Below, one piece after another: positions 19,441 through 27,612 of a stretch of 64,000 bases of DNA. The notes under the pieces are model-generated. The model searched no databases and was not told where the DNA came from. It saw nothing but the letters and a program-made list of their open reading frames with translations. Each line of letters begins with the position of its first letter. Position 1 is the stretch's first letter. A program made the position numbers and the translations under genes. The stretch covers positions 832,001-896,000 of the forward strand of contig CBDBBI010000010.1 in the NCBI GenBank assembly GCA_965202625.1, given 5' to 3'. Source of the DNA: a bacterium (lineage in GTDB: Bacteria; UBA8248).

Positions 19441-20124
19441 ATGCCCAACCAAGCGCAGCGGACTAGCAAAATTCAGATGGTCAACCCCCGGAACGCGGCG
19501 GGCGACACGGCCCGGTTTTTCGAGGCGACGCGCGAGTTTCTCGGCCGCATACCCCATTCAGCGCGCGTGATGGCGAACACGCCCTACGTCGCAAGGCTCT
19601 ACCTGCCCTTCAACGCGACCCTCCAGCGCGAGGGCATGGGTGGGCTACTCACATGCAGGATCAAGGAAATCGTCGTCCTCAAGACGAGCTTCGTGAACGC
19701 CTGCGCCTACTGAATCGCGCACAACACGGCGCTTGGTCAAGCGACGGGACTCACCGATGCGCAGATCGAGACGATCGCCTCCGATGCGTACATGACCTCG
19801 CCCCTCTTAAGCCCCCGGGAGCGTGCCGCCTGCCTCTGGGCGGAACACTTTACGAAGAACACCGCGCGCGCGAACCCCGAAGTCCTTGATGAGGTGAAAA
19901 AGCAGTTCACCGACGGCGAGATCGTCGAGATGTCCCTGATGAGCGGCAAGCAGGGGATGATGAACCGCTTTATGGACTCGTTCGGGATACCCATCGAGGA
20001 GGAGGGCGAGGTGAACAAGATCAAAAAATCGGTGCGGGGCGACCCGCAGAAAATGAAGGCGTATCTGCAATCGCTAATCGACAACTGGCCGGAGGCGTTC
20101 CCCGAACCTCACCCGGATGCGTAG
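19441..20124 (+). CDS. AhpD/carboxymuconolactone decarboxylase family selenoprotein (in-frame TGA 19711-19713 read as Sec, CxxU)
   Basis: ORFs 19324..19713 and 19792..20124 share a frame. The junction reads NACAY-TGA-IAHN, matching the AhpD-type NxCxYCxxH motif. A SECIS-like hairpin follows. Confidence 0.85.
19714..19750 (+). promoter_or_regulatory. Putative bacterial SECIS element
   Basis: CGCTT-GGTC-AAGCG stem-loop (19730-19743) with a G-first loop 21 nt after the UGA. Confidence 0.7.
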
Positions 20125-20161
20125 GCTTCCTACGCTGTGCGGCGCTCTTCCGCCCTCCCGA

Positions 20162-21196
20162 TTATAAATAGTCCTTCAGTTCGACCGTACGGGACAAGCG
20201 CGAGCTCGCCTCGGCCGCATACACGACGGCGAGGTTCTCGTGTGCCACTCGACCGTCGACCTCGGGCGTGCGATCCTCGCGCACGCAATCCGCGAAATCC
20301 TCGAGCGCGTCCCTGAACATGTCGCCCTCCGGCATGTCGTAGACGACATCCTCGCCCAGCGGCTCCCTGTCAACGTGGAGACGAACCGGTTCCGGTGCCA
20401 TAGAGGGGTCGCGCCACTGCTGGCCGGTAATGCGAAAATGCGCGATTCCCTTCGTGCCATGCACGTTCATCTGAAACGCCCAGGGACACGCCCAGCCGCC
20501 CCCTACGTAGGAGAGTCTCCCGTTTTCGTGCTCGAGAATCATCATCGAGGCGTCATCCACATCCTCGGTCGCATACATGCGCTTCAGTCTGGCGGTGACG
20601 GACTTTATGGGGCCGTGAAGGTAGCGAAAGGTGTCGACGTGGTGGATGGACAGCTGGATGACCACGCCCGTCGGGTTGAGTTCCCGGCTCGATCGCCACT
20701 TTTCGGGCGTCAGCTCCAGGCCACGCTCCGTGCAAAAATTACTCTCGCTCATCGAGATTTGCCCAAGCGCATCGGCCTCGATCAGCGCCTTCATACGTCT
20801 CGACGCGGCGAGGCGGCGCGCACTGTGGCCTATCGCCAGTTTAGAGCCGGCGCCCTCGACCGCATCGACGATGGCTTTGGAGTGCGCCATGCTGTGGGCG
20901 ATGGGTTTTTCGCAGTATACGTGCTTGCCCGCAACAGCCAGCGCCTCGATGTGCTCCTTGTGATTGTGGTTCGGCGTCGTAAGAATGACGGCCTCGATCT
21001 CCTCATCCCTCAAGAGCGCCTCGAAACTCTCTGCCTCCCGCGCACCGTATCGCTCCATGAAGTCGCGCCGCTTCTCGGGCGTTCGGCTGAAGCACGAGAC
21101 GAGCCGCATCTTGCCTCCACGCAGCGCGGCGTCGGCGAGCACGTTGGACCAACGCCCCAGGCCCATTGAGGCGGCACGCACGGGTTCAAACAACAT
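20162..21196 (-). CDS. Gfo/Idh/MocA family oxidoreductase
   Basis: GLGRW, TPNHNH, GKHVYCEKP, IHHVD. Confidence 0.92.
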   Translation of the reverse strand: MLFEPVRAASMGLGRWSNVLADAALRGGKMRLVSCFSRTPEKRRDFMERYGAREAESFEALLRDEEIEAVILTTPNHNHKEHIEALAVAGKHVYCEKPIAHSMAHSKAIVDAVEGAGSKLAIGHSARRLAASRRMKALIEADALGQISMSESNFCTERGLELTPEKWRSSRELNPTGVVIQLSIHHVDTFRYLHGPIKSVTARLKRMYATEDVDDASMMILEHENGRLSYVGGGWACPWAFQMNVHGTKGIAHFRITGQQWRDPSMAPEPVRLHVDREPLGEDVVYDMPEGDMFRDALEDFADCVREDRTPEVDGRVAHENLAVVYAAEASSRLSRTVELKDYL

Positions 21197-21298
21197 GACC
21201 TCCCTCCTTTAGCAATTGCAAGCGACACGACCGGTCGAGCGCGCCACACACGCGCCTAAGCGAGAGGAAAGAAGCACCTACCCGTCGCGGCGTCTCCG

Positions 21299-21754
21299 CT
21301 AGATGCTCACCTGGAAATTCGGCAGACGGGCGTCTCCCCCATCGGCCGAGCGCACGCTCAAATCCTCCAGAGTGGTTTCCCGCAGCGTCTTCTCTATCGC
21401 GTCTTCTAGTTTTTTCCACAAAAGACGGCTTCCGCAGGTCGGAATGTGCGGGCACGGAACCGAAGGCGGGCCCTCGCCGCAGTCCACCGGCTGAATCGTC
21501 TCCCCCACCGCAAACAAAACATCCTTCATGTTGATTTGGGATGGCGGCAGCGCCAGAACGTAGCCGCCTCCCGGCCCTCTCGTGCTGCTCACCAGAGAAG
21601 CCCTCCGCATTTTCACGAACAACTGCTCAAGGTAGTGCTGGCTGATTTTCAGCCCGCCGGCTATCTGGGGCAAGGGAACGGGGTGCGCTTGCGAATGCCT
21701 AGATAGTTCGATCATGGCGAGCACGGCGTAGCGTCCCTTGGTCGATATCTTCAT
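21299..21754 (-). CDS. Rrf2-family transcriptional regulator (IscR/CymR-like, three Cys)
   Basis: MKISTKGRYA, YLEQL, RGPGGGY, C-x8-C-x5-C. Confidence 0.92.
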   Translation of the reverse strand: MKISTKGRYAVLAMIELSRHSQAHPVPLPQIAGGLKISQHYLEQLFVKMRRASLVSSTRGPGGGYVLALPPSQINMKDVLFAVGETIQPVDCGEGPPSVPCPHIPTCGSRLLWKKLEDAIEKTLRETTLEDLSVRSADGGDARLPNFQVSI

Positions 21755-22578
21755 TCGCGGCGTCCCCCCGTCTCGCTTCTCGGCATTGTCCGCTCAACGA
21801 ACGCTTTTCGGCCCGCGGGGGTTTGCGCTTTCCGGCGCCGCGCGAGGGCGCAAGCCGGACAACGCGGGTCTTGCGCCACCGTCAGTCCCCCAAAGGCGTC
21901 ACTCCAAAAATCAGCCGTCAGTAGCCTGTTCAACCAGGTCGGTTTCCGCCCTGCGAGAATCCGGAGCGCGTCGGCCGCCTGCGCCATGCCTACGAAACCC
22001 GCCACGGCACCAAAGACGCCCGTCTCCGCGCAGTCAAGACCCTTTACGCTCACGCCCTCATCCCCCACCAAGCACCGCAAACACGCACTCTCGCCTGGGA
22101 AAATCGTCATTACCTGCCCAAAAAATCGCAAGACACCCCCCATCACCCAAGGCTTGCCCAACGAGGCGCACGCGCTGTTCAGGGCGAGCTTTGAGGGTAA
22201 ATTATCACTTCCATCAACCACGACGCCGTAGGGCGCGATGATTTCGGCGGCGTTCTTCGGCGTGAGCTTTAGAGGAATCCTGTCCACCGACACGCACGTG
22301 GAGAACCGCGATAGGAAATCCGCGCCCGAGTCCACTTTCTTCCGGCCAACATCCTCCGTTCGGTGGAGAATCTGGCGCGCCAGGTTGTCAAGGGTAACGA
22401 CGTCGTGATCCACCATCCCGATCCGCCCCACACCAGAGGCCGCAAGAGCGAGAGCAGCGGGCGAACCCAGACCGCCGACCCCCAGAACAAGCGCGGACGA
22501 AGCCGCCAGCGCGCCCGCGGAACTTGCGCAGTCCCCAAACGCGCCTTCGGACACCGCCAGAGCGTTCGCGCAGTTCAC
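21751..22578 (-). CDS. ThiF/MoeB (E1-like) adenylyltransferase, catalytic type, lacking the N-terminal RYxR(H/Q) helix
   Basis: GVGGLG, DHD, NLARQ, DGSDN, CLRC, C(AETG), CPAC. GTG 22578 overlaps the JAMM stop codon. Confidence 0.88.
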   Translation of the reverse strand: MNCANALAVSEGAFGDCASSAGALAASSALVLGVGGLGSPAALALAASGVGRIGMVDHDVVTLDNLARQILHRTEDVGRKKVDSGADFLSRFSTCVSVDRIPLKLTPKNAAEIIAPYGVVVDGSDNLPSKLALNSACASLGKPWVMGGVLRFFGQVMTIFPGESACLRCLVGDEGVSVKGLDCAETGVFGAVAGFVGMAQAADALRILAGRKPTWLNRLLTADFWSDAFGGLTVAQDPRCPACALARRRKAQTPAGRKAFVERTMPRSETGGRRE

Positions 22579-23069
22579 GCTCCCGCCTCCTCTACGATTT
22601 CCAGCTCGCTTGGGACGAAAGTCTTCCGCCCCCCATCCCAGGAAAACACCTTCTGGCCGCAAACCAAGCCCTCACGCACGCTCATGACGACATGCTCCGC
22701 TTCCGGAAACGATGGGACGTCGCCAAAGGGAAGCGCCGCGTCCTTGTCCTCCTGCGAGAAATAGGCGTCCTCGTCCGGGTGGCTGTGATATATGCCGCGA
22801 ATCACCTCGCCAGTTTCTCTCGCGCGCTCAAGAATGCGTTTAAACTCGAAGGGATCAATCAGAAAAGCGCGGCGTGCCGTCCGGGGATAGGCTTGGGGGT
22901 CTCGCCCATGCATTTCGTTCTGAACGTTTCTGCAGGGTAGAAGACGGAAGCGCGCGCATATCCGCTCCTCCGCGCGCGGCGGACCGAGGATCAGGCCACA
23001 ACATTCATCGGGATAGGCCTCCCGCGCACACCGGCGCATCACCTCTACCTGTTCACGATTCAAGCGCAA
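22575..23069 (-). CDS. JAMM/JAB (Mov34/MPN, M67) metallopeptidase, Mec-like
   Basis: YPDECCG...IYHSHPD...FSQED. Confidence 0.93.
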   Translation of the reverse strand: MRLNREQVEVMRRCAREAYPDECCGLILGPPRAEERICARFRLLPCRNVQNEMHGRDPQAYPRTARRAFLIDPFEFKRILERARETGEVIRGIYHSHPDEDAYFSQEDKDAALPFGDVPSFPEAEHVVMSVREGLVCGQKVFSWDGGRKTFVPSELEIVEEAGA

Positions 23070-23070
23070 A

Positions 23071-24033
23071 TCAAGCCTCCTGGCGCGCCTCGCTCAAATA
23101 TCTGTCTCCGCCATCAGGAAACAGGGTGACGATGACGCCCCTTTCTATCCGCTTCGCCACCTCGCGGACTCCAACGAGCGCGGCGCCTGCGGAGTGGCCG
23201 ATAAAAAGCCCCTCCTCTTTCGCGGCCCTCTCGGCCAACACGTAGCTTTCCTCGGTGCTCGCCAAAATCAGCCGATCGTGGACGCTCTCATCGTAAATTC
23301 CCGGGCGAATGGCCGTGGGGATATGCTTCATGCCTTCGAGACCGTGGAATGACTCTGAAGGCATCACCGCGTGAACCTCAACGTCAGTCTTCCTCGTTTT
23401 CAGGCCGCGTCCTGTGCCCACAAGGGTGCCCGTCGTACCGAGGCCAGCGACGAAATGCGCCACGCACCCATCGGTCTGTTCCAAAATTTCCACTGCCGTA
23501 GTTTCGGCATGGGCGCGAGGGTTCGCCGGGTTGTCGTATTGACATGGCAAGAAGTATTTCTCCGGCTCATCTCGATACATTTTCGCCGCGAGACGCTGCG
23601 CGCCGTCCGAGCCTTCCATCGGATCCGAAAAAATGACGTCGGCCCCATAGCCCCGCAACGTCGCCTTGCGCTCATCGCTCGCGTTCGCCGGAAGGACGAG
23701 GCGGACGGGAATTCCCAGCGCCGCTCCAATCATGGCGTAGGCGATGCCGGTATTCCCGCTCGTAGAATCGAGAAGAACCTTGCCGGAGCGCAATCGCCCG
23801 GATTCCAAGCCATCCCTTACCATGAAGAGCGCGGGCCGATCCTTCACCGAGCCGCCTGGGTTGAACCACTCCGCTTTGGCATACGCTTCCACATGAGGGA
23901 ACTCGCTCCTGAACAAGTTGAGTGCGAGCAGGGGTGTGTTGCCGATACATTTGAGAATGGCAGAATCCTCTATGTCCCTGAACACGCTTCCGGAATTTCG
24001 CACCGTGGATTCGATCATTGGCATGGCCCCCAT
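23071..24033 (-). CDS. cysM: Cysteine synthase B-type (CysM-like)
   Basis: IGNTPL, NPGGSVKDR, TSGNTG, GLGTTGT, HGLEGMKH, FPDGGDRYLS. Confidence 0.82.
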   Translation of the reverse strand: MGAMPMIESTVRNSGSVFRDIEDSAILKCIGNTPLLALNLFRSEFPHVEAYAKAEWFNPGGSVKDRPALFMVRDGLESGRLRSGKVLLDSTSGNTGIAYAMIGAALGIPVRLVLPANASDERKATLRGYGADVIFSDPMEGSDGAQRLAAKMYRDEPEKYFLPCQYDNPANPRAHAETTAVEILEQTDGCVAHFVAGLGTTGTLVGTGRGLKTRKTDVEVHAVMPSESFHGLEGMKHIPTAIRPGIYDESVHDRLILASTEESYVLAERAAKEEGLFIGHSAGAALVGVREVAKRIERGVIVTLFPDGGDRYLSEARQEA

Positions 24034-24042
24034 TCTGACGTC

Positions 24043-24696
24043 CTAAAACGTTCCAGGAGACGATCGCGTTCGCTTCGTGGCGCCGCGTGAAAGATCAAAA
24101 CGGGCCTGAGTAGTCGACCCCACCGTGTCCGCCCCATCAACTAGGCGCCGCAAGGCCCTAGCTGCTAGCCACGCGCCCAAAACGCCCTGAGTCGCCGCCA
24201 TTTGCGCCTCTCTACCGGGTGAGGCCGCGTCGCCCCCCTCAGACGCTCCACTCCCCTCGAGAATCTCTGCCACGGCGCCGCGCACGACAATTCTTTTTGC
24301 GGCTTTGAACGCCGCGAAATCCTCAACGGATTCATCGCCCAGCCAAACAAGCAAGTCGAAATGCGCCCCGACTACCTCGTTCGGACGATACCGAATGAAC
24401 CGCGCATCCGGGTTGAGGCTCTGGACACCACCGCAGGCGCCGAGAAATGGAGAGAGGGAAAATTCATCTCGAAGCCGCCCACCCTCGGTATCGAATCCAT
24501 CGAGTGGACACCACCCAATGCGGCCTACACCTGCGGCCGCCAGGTAGACCAAGGCGAGGGCCGCGGCGCCTTCTTCATTTATCGAAAACGCGATAAGGAC
24601 GGATGAAGCCAAAAGACGCTCTTGCCCGACTCCTCCCACCTCGGGAAGCAGAACGTGGCGGCTGTATCGCTGGATCTGCTCCTCCGTCAAGTTCAA
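24043..24696 (-). CDS. Degenerate ThiF/MoeB-like protein (pseudo-enzyme retaining RYSRH)
   Basis: MNLTEEQIQRYSRHVLLPEVGGVGQERL, YLAAAGVG, LNPD and GVLGAWLAARALRRL are kept. GxGGxG, DxD, NLxRQ and both CxxC are absent. Intact ORF with AAGGAG RBS. Confidence 0.8.
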   Translation of the reverse strand: MNLTEEQIQRYSRHVLLPEVGGVGQERLLASSVLIAFSINEEGAAALALVYLAAAGVGRIGWCPLDGFDTEGGRLRDEFSLSPFLGACGGVQSLNPDARFIRYRPNEVVGAHFDLLVWLGDESVEDFAAFKAAKRIVVRGAVAEILEGSGASEGGDAASPGREAQMAATQGVLGAWLAARALRRLVDGADTVGSTTQARFDLSRGATKRTRSSPGTF

Positions 24697-24729
24697 AGAG
24701 CGGCTCTCCTTTCAGGCTGTAGAAAGCGG

Positions 24730-25008
24730 CTACAGCCCGCCCGCAATCGCTGGCACGATAGAGAGTTCATCGCCATCGCTCACCGCCGTTCCCTCGCCTT
24801 GCAAGAAGCGAATATCCTCCTGATTCACGTAGATGTTCACGAAACGGCGCAACCTAGCTTCATCGTCATAGAGACGCTGGCGAATGCCGGCGAATCGCCT
24901 ATCAAGGTTCTCAAGTACCTCCCTAACGTCCTCGCCCTCGATCTCCACGGCGTCTCGCTGCTGCGTGAACTCTTGCAAAGGTGTCGGAATACGAACCGTT
25001 ACCGCCAT
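24730..25008 (-). CDS. MoaD/ThiS/CysO-family ubiquitin-like sulfur carrier, C-terminus IAGG-L
   Basis: VRIPTPL, RRFVNIYVNQEDIRFL, DGDELSIVPAIAGGL. Confidence 0.93.
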   Translation of the reverse strand: MAVTVRIPTPLQEFTQQRDAVEIEGEDVREVLENLDRRFAGIRQRLYDDEARLRRFVNIYVNQEDIRFLQGEGTAVSDGDELSIVPAIAGGL

Positions 25009-25060
25009 TTCCGCCTCCTGATCTGAAAACCCCTCTTAGGGGATGGTCGAAATAAAATTC

Positions 25061-26020
25061 CTAACGAAACTGCCGCTCCAGACTATAATATCTCTCCCAG
25101 CCATCGGGTATGACCACCACCATGTTCTCATCCGGATGCATCCGCCTAGCCACGCGCAGGGCGGCGCAAACAGCTGCGCCCGCCGAGATGCCGGCGGCCA
25201 TACCTTCCTCCCGGCTCAGGGATTTACTCATGTCGTAGGCCTCTTCATCCGTCACTTGGACCACCTCGTCAATGATATTTCGATTCAAAACTCCGGGAAT
25301 GAAGCCGGCGCCAATCCCCTGTATTTGGTGCGGTGCCGGCTCTCCGCCAGAGAGAACGGGAGAGGCGGAGGGCTCCACGCCGACGATCAGGATTTGCGGC
25401 CTCCTCTCCTTCAAAACCTCGCCCACACCCGTGATTGTCCCCCCTGTGCCCACGCCCGCCACGAAGGCGTCCACCGATTCCATACCCATGTCGCGCAGAA
25501 TCTCCCGCGCCGTGGTTCTGCGATGAATTTCCGGATTGGCCGGATTGTTAAACTGCTGGGGCATAAAATAATCCGGATTCTCCGCCAAAAGGGCCTCCGC
25601 CTTCACGAGCGAGCCGTACATGCCCCCTTCGCTTGAGCTGAACACCACCTCCGCCCCGTAGCCCGTGAGCAGTGCGTGCCGCTCGTGGCTCATGCTCCTG
25701 CTCAAGACGATGATCGTCCGATAGCCTCGAATGGCGCCGATGAGCGCGAGACCGATGCCCGTGTTACCGCTCGTAGGCTCGATGATCGTTCCGCCGGGCT
25801 TGAGCAAACCGCGCCGCTCGCCGTCCAACACCATACTGAGCGCAATACGATCCTTCACGCTTCCGCCGGGGTTGTATTGCTCCAGCTTGGCGAACACGCG
25901 CGCTCCCGACGAATCGGGGAGACGCCGCAGCTGGACGAGACTCGTGCTCCCGATACCATCAAGTAGCGAGGGGAGCGCTCTCAAAATCCGAGGCGGGCGG
26001 CCCCGGGTGCCCAACGCCAT
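25061..26020 (-). CDS. cysK: Cysteine synthase A
   Basis: NPGGSVKDR, EPTSGNTG, QQFNNPAN, GVGTGGT, HQIQGIGAGF. Confidence 0.9.
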   Translation of the reverse strand: MALGTRGRPPRILRALPSLLDGIGSTSLVQLRRLPDSSGARVFAKLEQYNPGGSVKDRIALSMVLDGERRGLLKPGGTIIEPTSGNTGIGLALIGAIRGYRTIIVLSRSMSHERHALLTGYGAEVVFSSSEGGMYGSLVKAEALLAENPDYFMPQQFNNPANPEIHRRTTAREILRDMGMESVDAFVAGVGTGGTITGVGEVLKERRPQILIVGVEPSASPVLSGGEPAPHQIQGIGAGFIPGVLNRNIIDEVVQVTDEEAYDMSKSLSREEGMAAGISAGAAVCAALRVARRMHPDENMVVVIPDGWERYYSLERQFR

Positions 26021-26081
26021 CAGAGTTCCCCCTTCCCCCAAAATCCCCTCACGCGAAAACCCTAACCCACGAGAGACTATA

Positions 26082-26106
26082 ATTCCTAAATAAAAGTGTC
26101 AAGAAT
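26082..26106 (-). promoter_or_regulatory. Putative Rrf2 (IscR type-1-like) operator overlapping TTGACA of the cysK operon promoter
   Basis: Minus strand ATTCTTGACACTTTTATTTAGGAAT is a 25-bp imperfect palindrome resembling ATASYYGACTRWWWYAGTCRRSTAT. Confidence 0.55.
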
Positions 26107-26215
26107 TTCTAAATTCCGTGATTTTACATTTTCTCCAGCACACTCCCAATATATTCTCCTTATGCTACATTCTCATGGCGCGCACGTCTTATGATATGAT
26201 GTAAGGAGAGTGGAC

Positions 26216-27037
26216 ATGAGAAAATCCCCGACGATTCCCCCCATCGCCTTGACGATAGCGGGATCAGACTCCGGCGGCGGTGCGGGAATTCAAGCCGACC
26301 TGAAAACTTTCGGTGCGTTCGGCGTCTATGGCGCCTCGATCATCACCGCCCTGACGGCGCAAAACACCGTGGGCGTCCAAGCGACGCACGACGTACCGCC
26401 CGACTTCATCGGAGCGCAACTCAACTCGGTGTGCTCTGACCTTGCAATCGCGAGTGCCAAAATCGGTATGCTCGCCACGGCCGAGGTCATCGAGGTAATC
26501 GCCGAGAGGGTGAAAGCGCACGCGGTCGCTCCCGTCGTGCTTGACCCGGTGATGGTCGCAAAAAGCGGGGATCGGCTTTTGCTGTCTGACGCGAAAGACG
26601 CGCTCGTTGAAAAGCTCTTTCCGTTGGCGGAAATCATCACTCCCAACGCGGATGAGGCGCGGGACATTCTAGAAATAGGGGAAATCAGAAACCTATCGGA
26701 CATGAAAACGGCCGCCCGCATGCTCCACGAGCGAGGAGCCAGACGCGTTTTGTTGAAGGGGGGACACATCACCGAAGGGGCAGTAGATTTCTTTTTCGAC
26801 GGGGAAAACGAGGTCACCCTGAAAGGCAGGCGCGTCGACACGCCACACACCCACGGGACGGGGTGCACGCTGTCCTCGGCCATCGCCGCGAGCATGGCGC
26901 TGGGCGCATCGACCATTGAGGCGACGAGGCGGGCGAAGCGCTTCATTCAAGGCGCCATCGAGAACGCACTGGACATCGGAAACGGAAGAGGGCCGCTTAA
27001 CCACATGTATCGCCAACGCAAAGAGGAACTGCCATAA
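26216..27037 (+). CDS. thiD: Hydroxymethylpyrimidine/phosphomethylpyrimidine kinase
   Basis: IAGSDSGGGAGIQADLK, DPVM, TPN, HGTGCT. Confidence 0.95.
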   Translation: MRKSPTIPPIALTIAGSDSGGGAGIQADLKTFGAFGVYGASIITALTAQNTVGVQATHDVPPDFIGAQLNSVCSDLAIASAKIGMLATAEVIEVIAERVKAHAVAPVVLDPVMVAKSGDRLLLSDAKDALVEKLFPLAEIITPNADEARDILEIGEIRNLSDMKTAARMLHERGARRVLLKGGHITEGAVDFFFDGENEVTLKGRRVDTPHTHGTGCTLSSAIAASMALGASTIEATRRAKRFIQGAIENALDIGNGRGPLNHMYRQRKEELP

Positions 27038-27114
27038 GTCGTCCACCCCTGGGGGCGTGAATCGTTTGTATTTCGGGTCATACGGGTCCCCATTCATGCC
27101 GAGAAGGAGCCGCC

Positions 27115-27528
27115 ATGAATCGTCGTCCCCATGACAAGCCCTTGCGCGTGCGGGAGCGCGAGGCCTCGAGTGGAGAGCTGCCCGTGCCCGGAGGCAGGAG
27201 CGTGTTTCGAATTCTGCTGGACGAGGAGAGCGTGGGTGCCAAACGCTTCGCCCTGCTCGTCAACGAGTTCGAACCAGGGTTGACCTCTGTCGCTCACAAG
27301 CACGATACAGAGGAACACGCTTTCTACGTCATCAGCGGAACAGGGGTGGTCGAGGTGGAGCGAGAGAAAATATACGTGACGCCGGGAGATGCGGTTTTCG
27401 TGCCACCGGGCAAAATGCACCAAATATCGAGCACGGGTGACGCGCCACTCAAATATGTGGTTCTATACTCTCCGCCAGGTCCCAACATGGCGCTCAGGGA
27501 AAAAGGCGCCTATGGACTCGCCGAATGA
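27115..27528 (+). CDS. Cupin domain protein
   Basis: HKHDTEEHAFYVISGTG...PGDAVFVPPGKMH. Confidence 0.88.
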   Translation: MNRRPHDKPLRVREREASSGELPVPGGRSVFRILLDEESVGAKRFALLVNEFEPGLTSVAHKHDTEEHAFYVISGTGVVEVEREKIYVTPGDAVFVPPGKMHQISSTGDAPLKYVVLYSPPGPNMALREKGAYGLAE

Positions 27529-27612
27529 CGGGGGCTCGTTCGCCGAATCGTCTCCACGTCTTTACAAAAAAGCGGCCGGAAATCAAAATCAAACCCTTCT
27601 CGGAAATAAAAA

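Noticed and set aside
21751-25008. Ubl-E1-JAB genes as an anti-phage conjugation system (Bil or CBASS Cap2/Cap3-like)
   Set aside because: No E2 or cyclase; interleaving with cysK, cysM and Rrf2 points to sulfur relay.
26041-26215. TPP riboswitch upstream of thiD
   Set aside because: No GCTGAGA-type core visible; the region is AT-rich promoter-like DNA.
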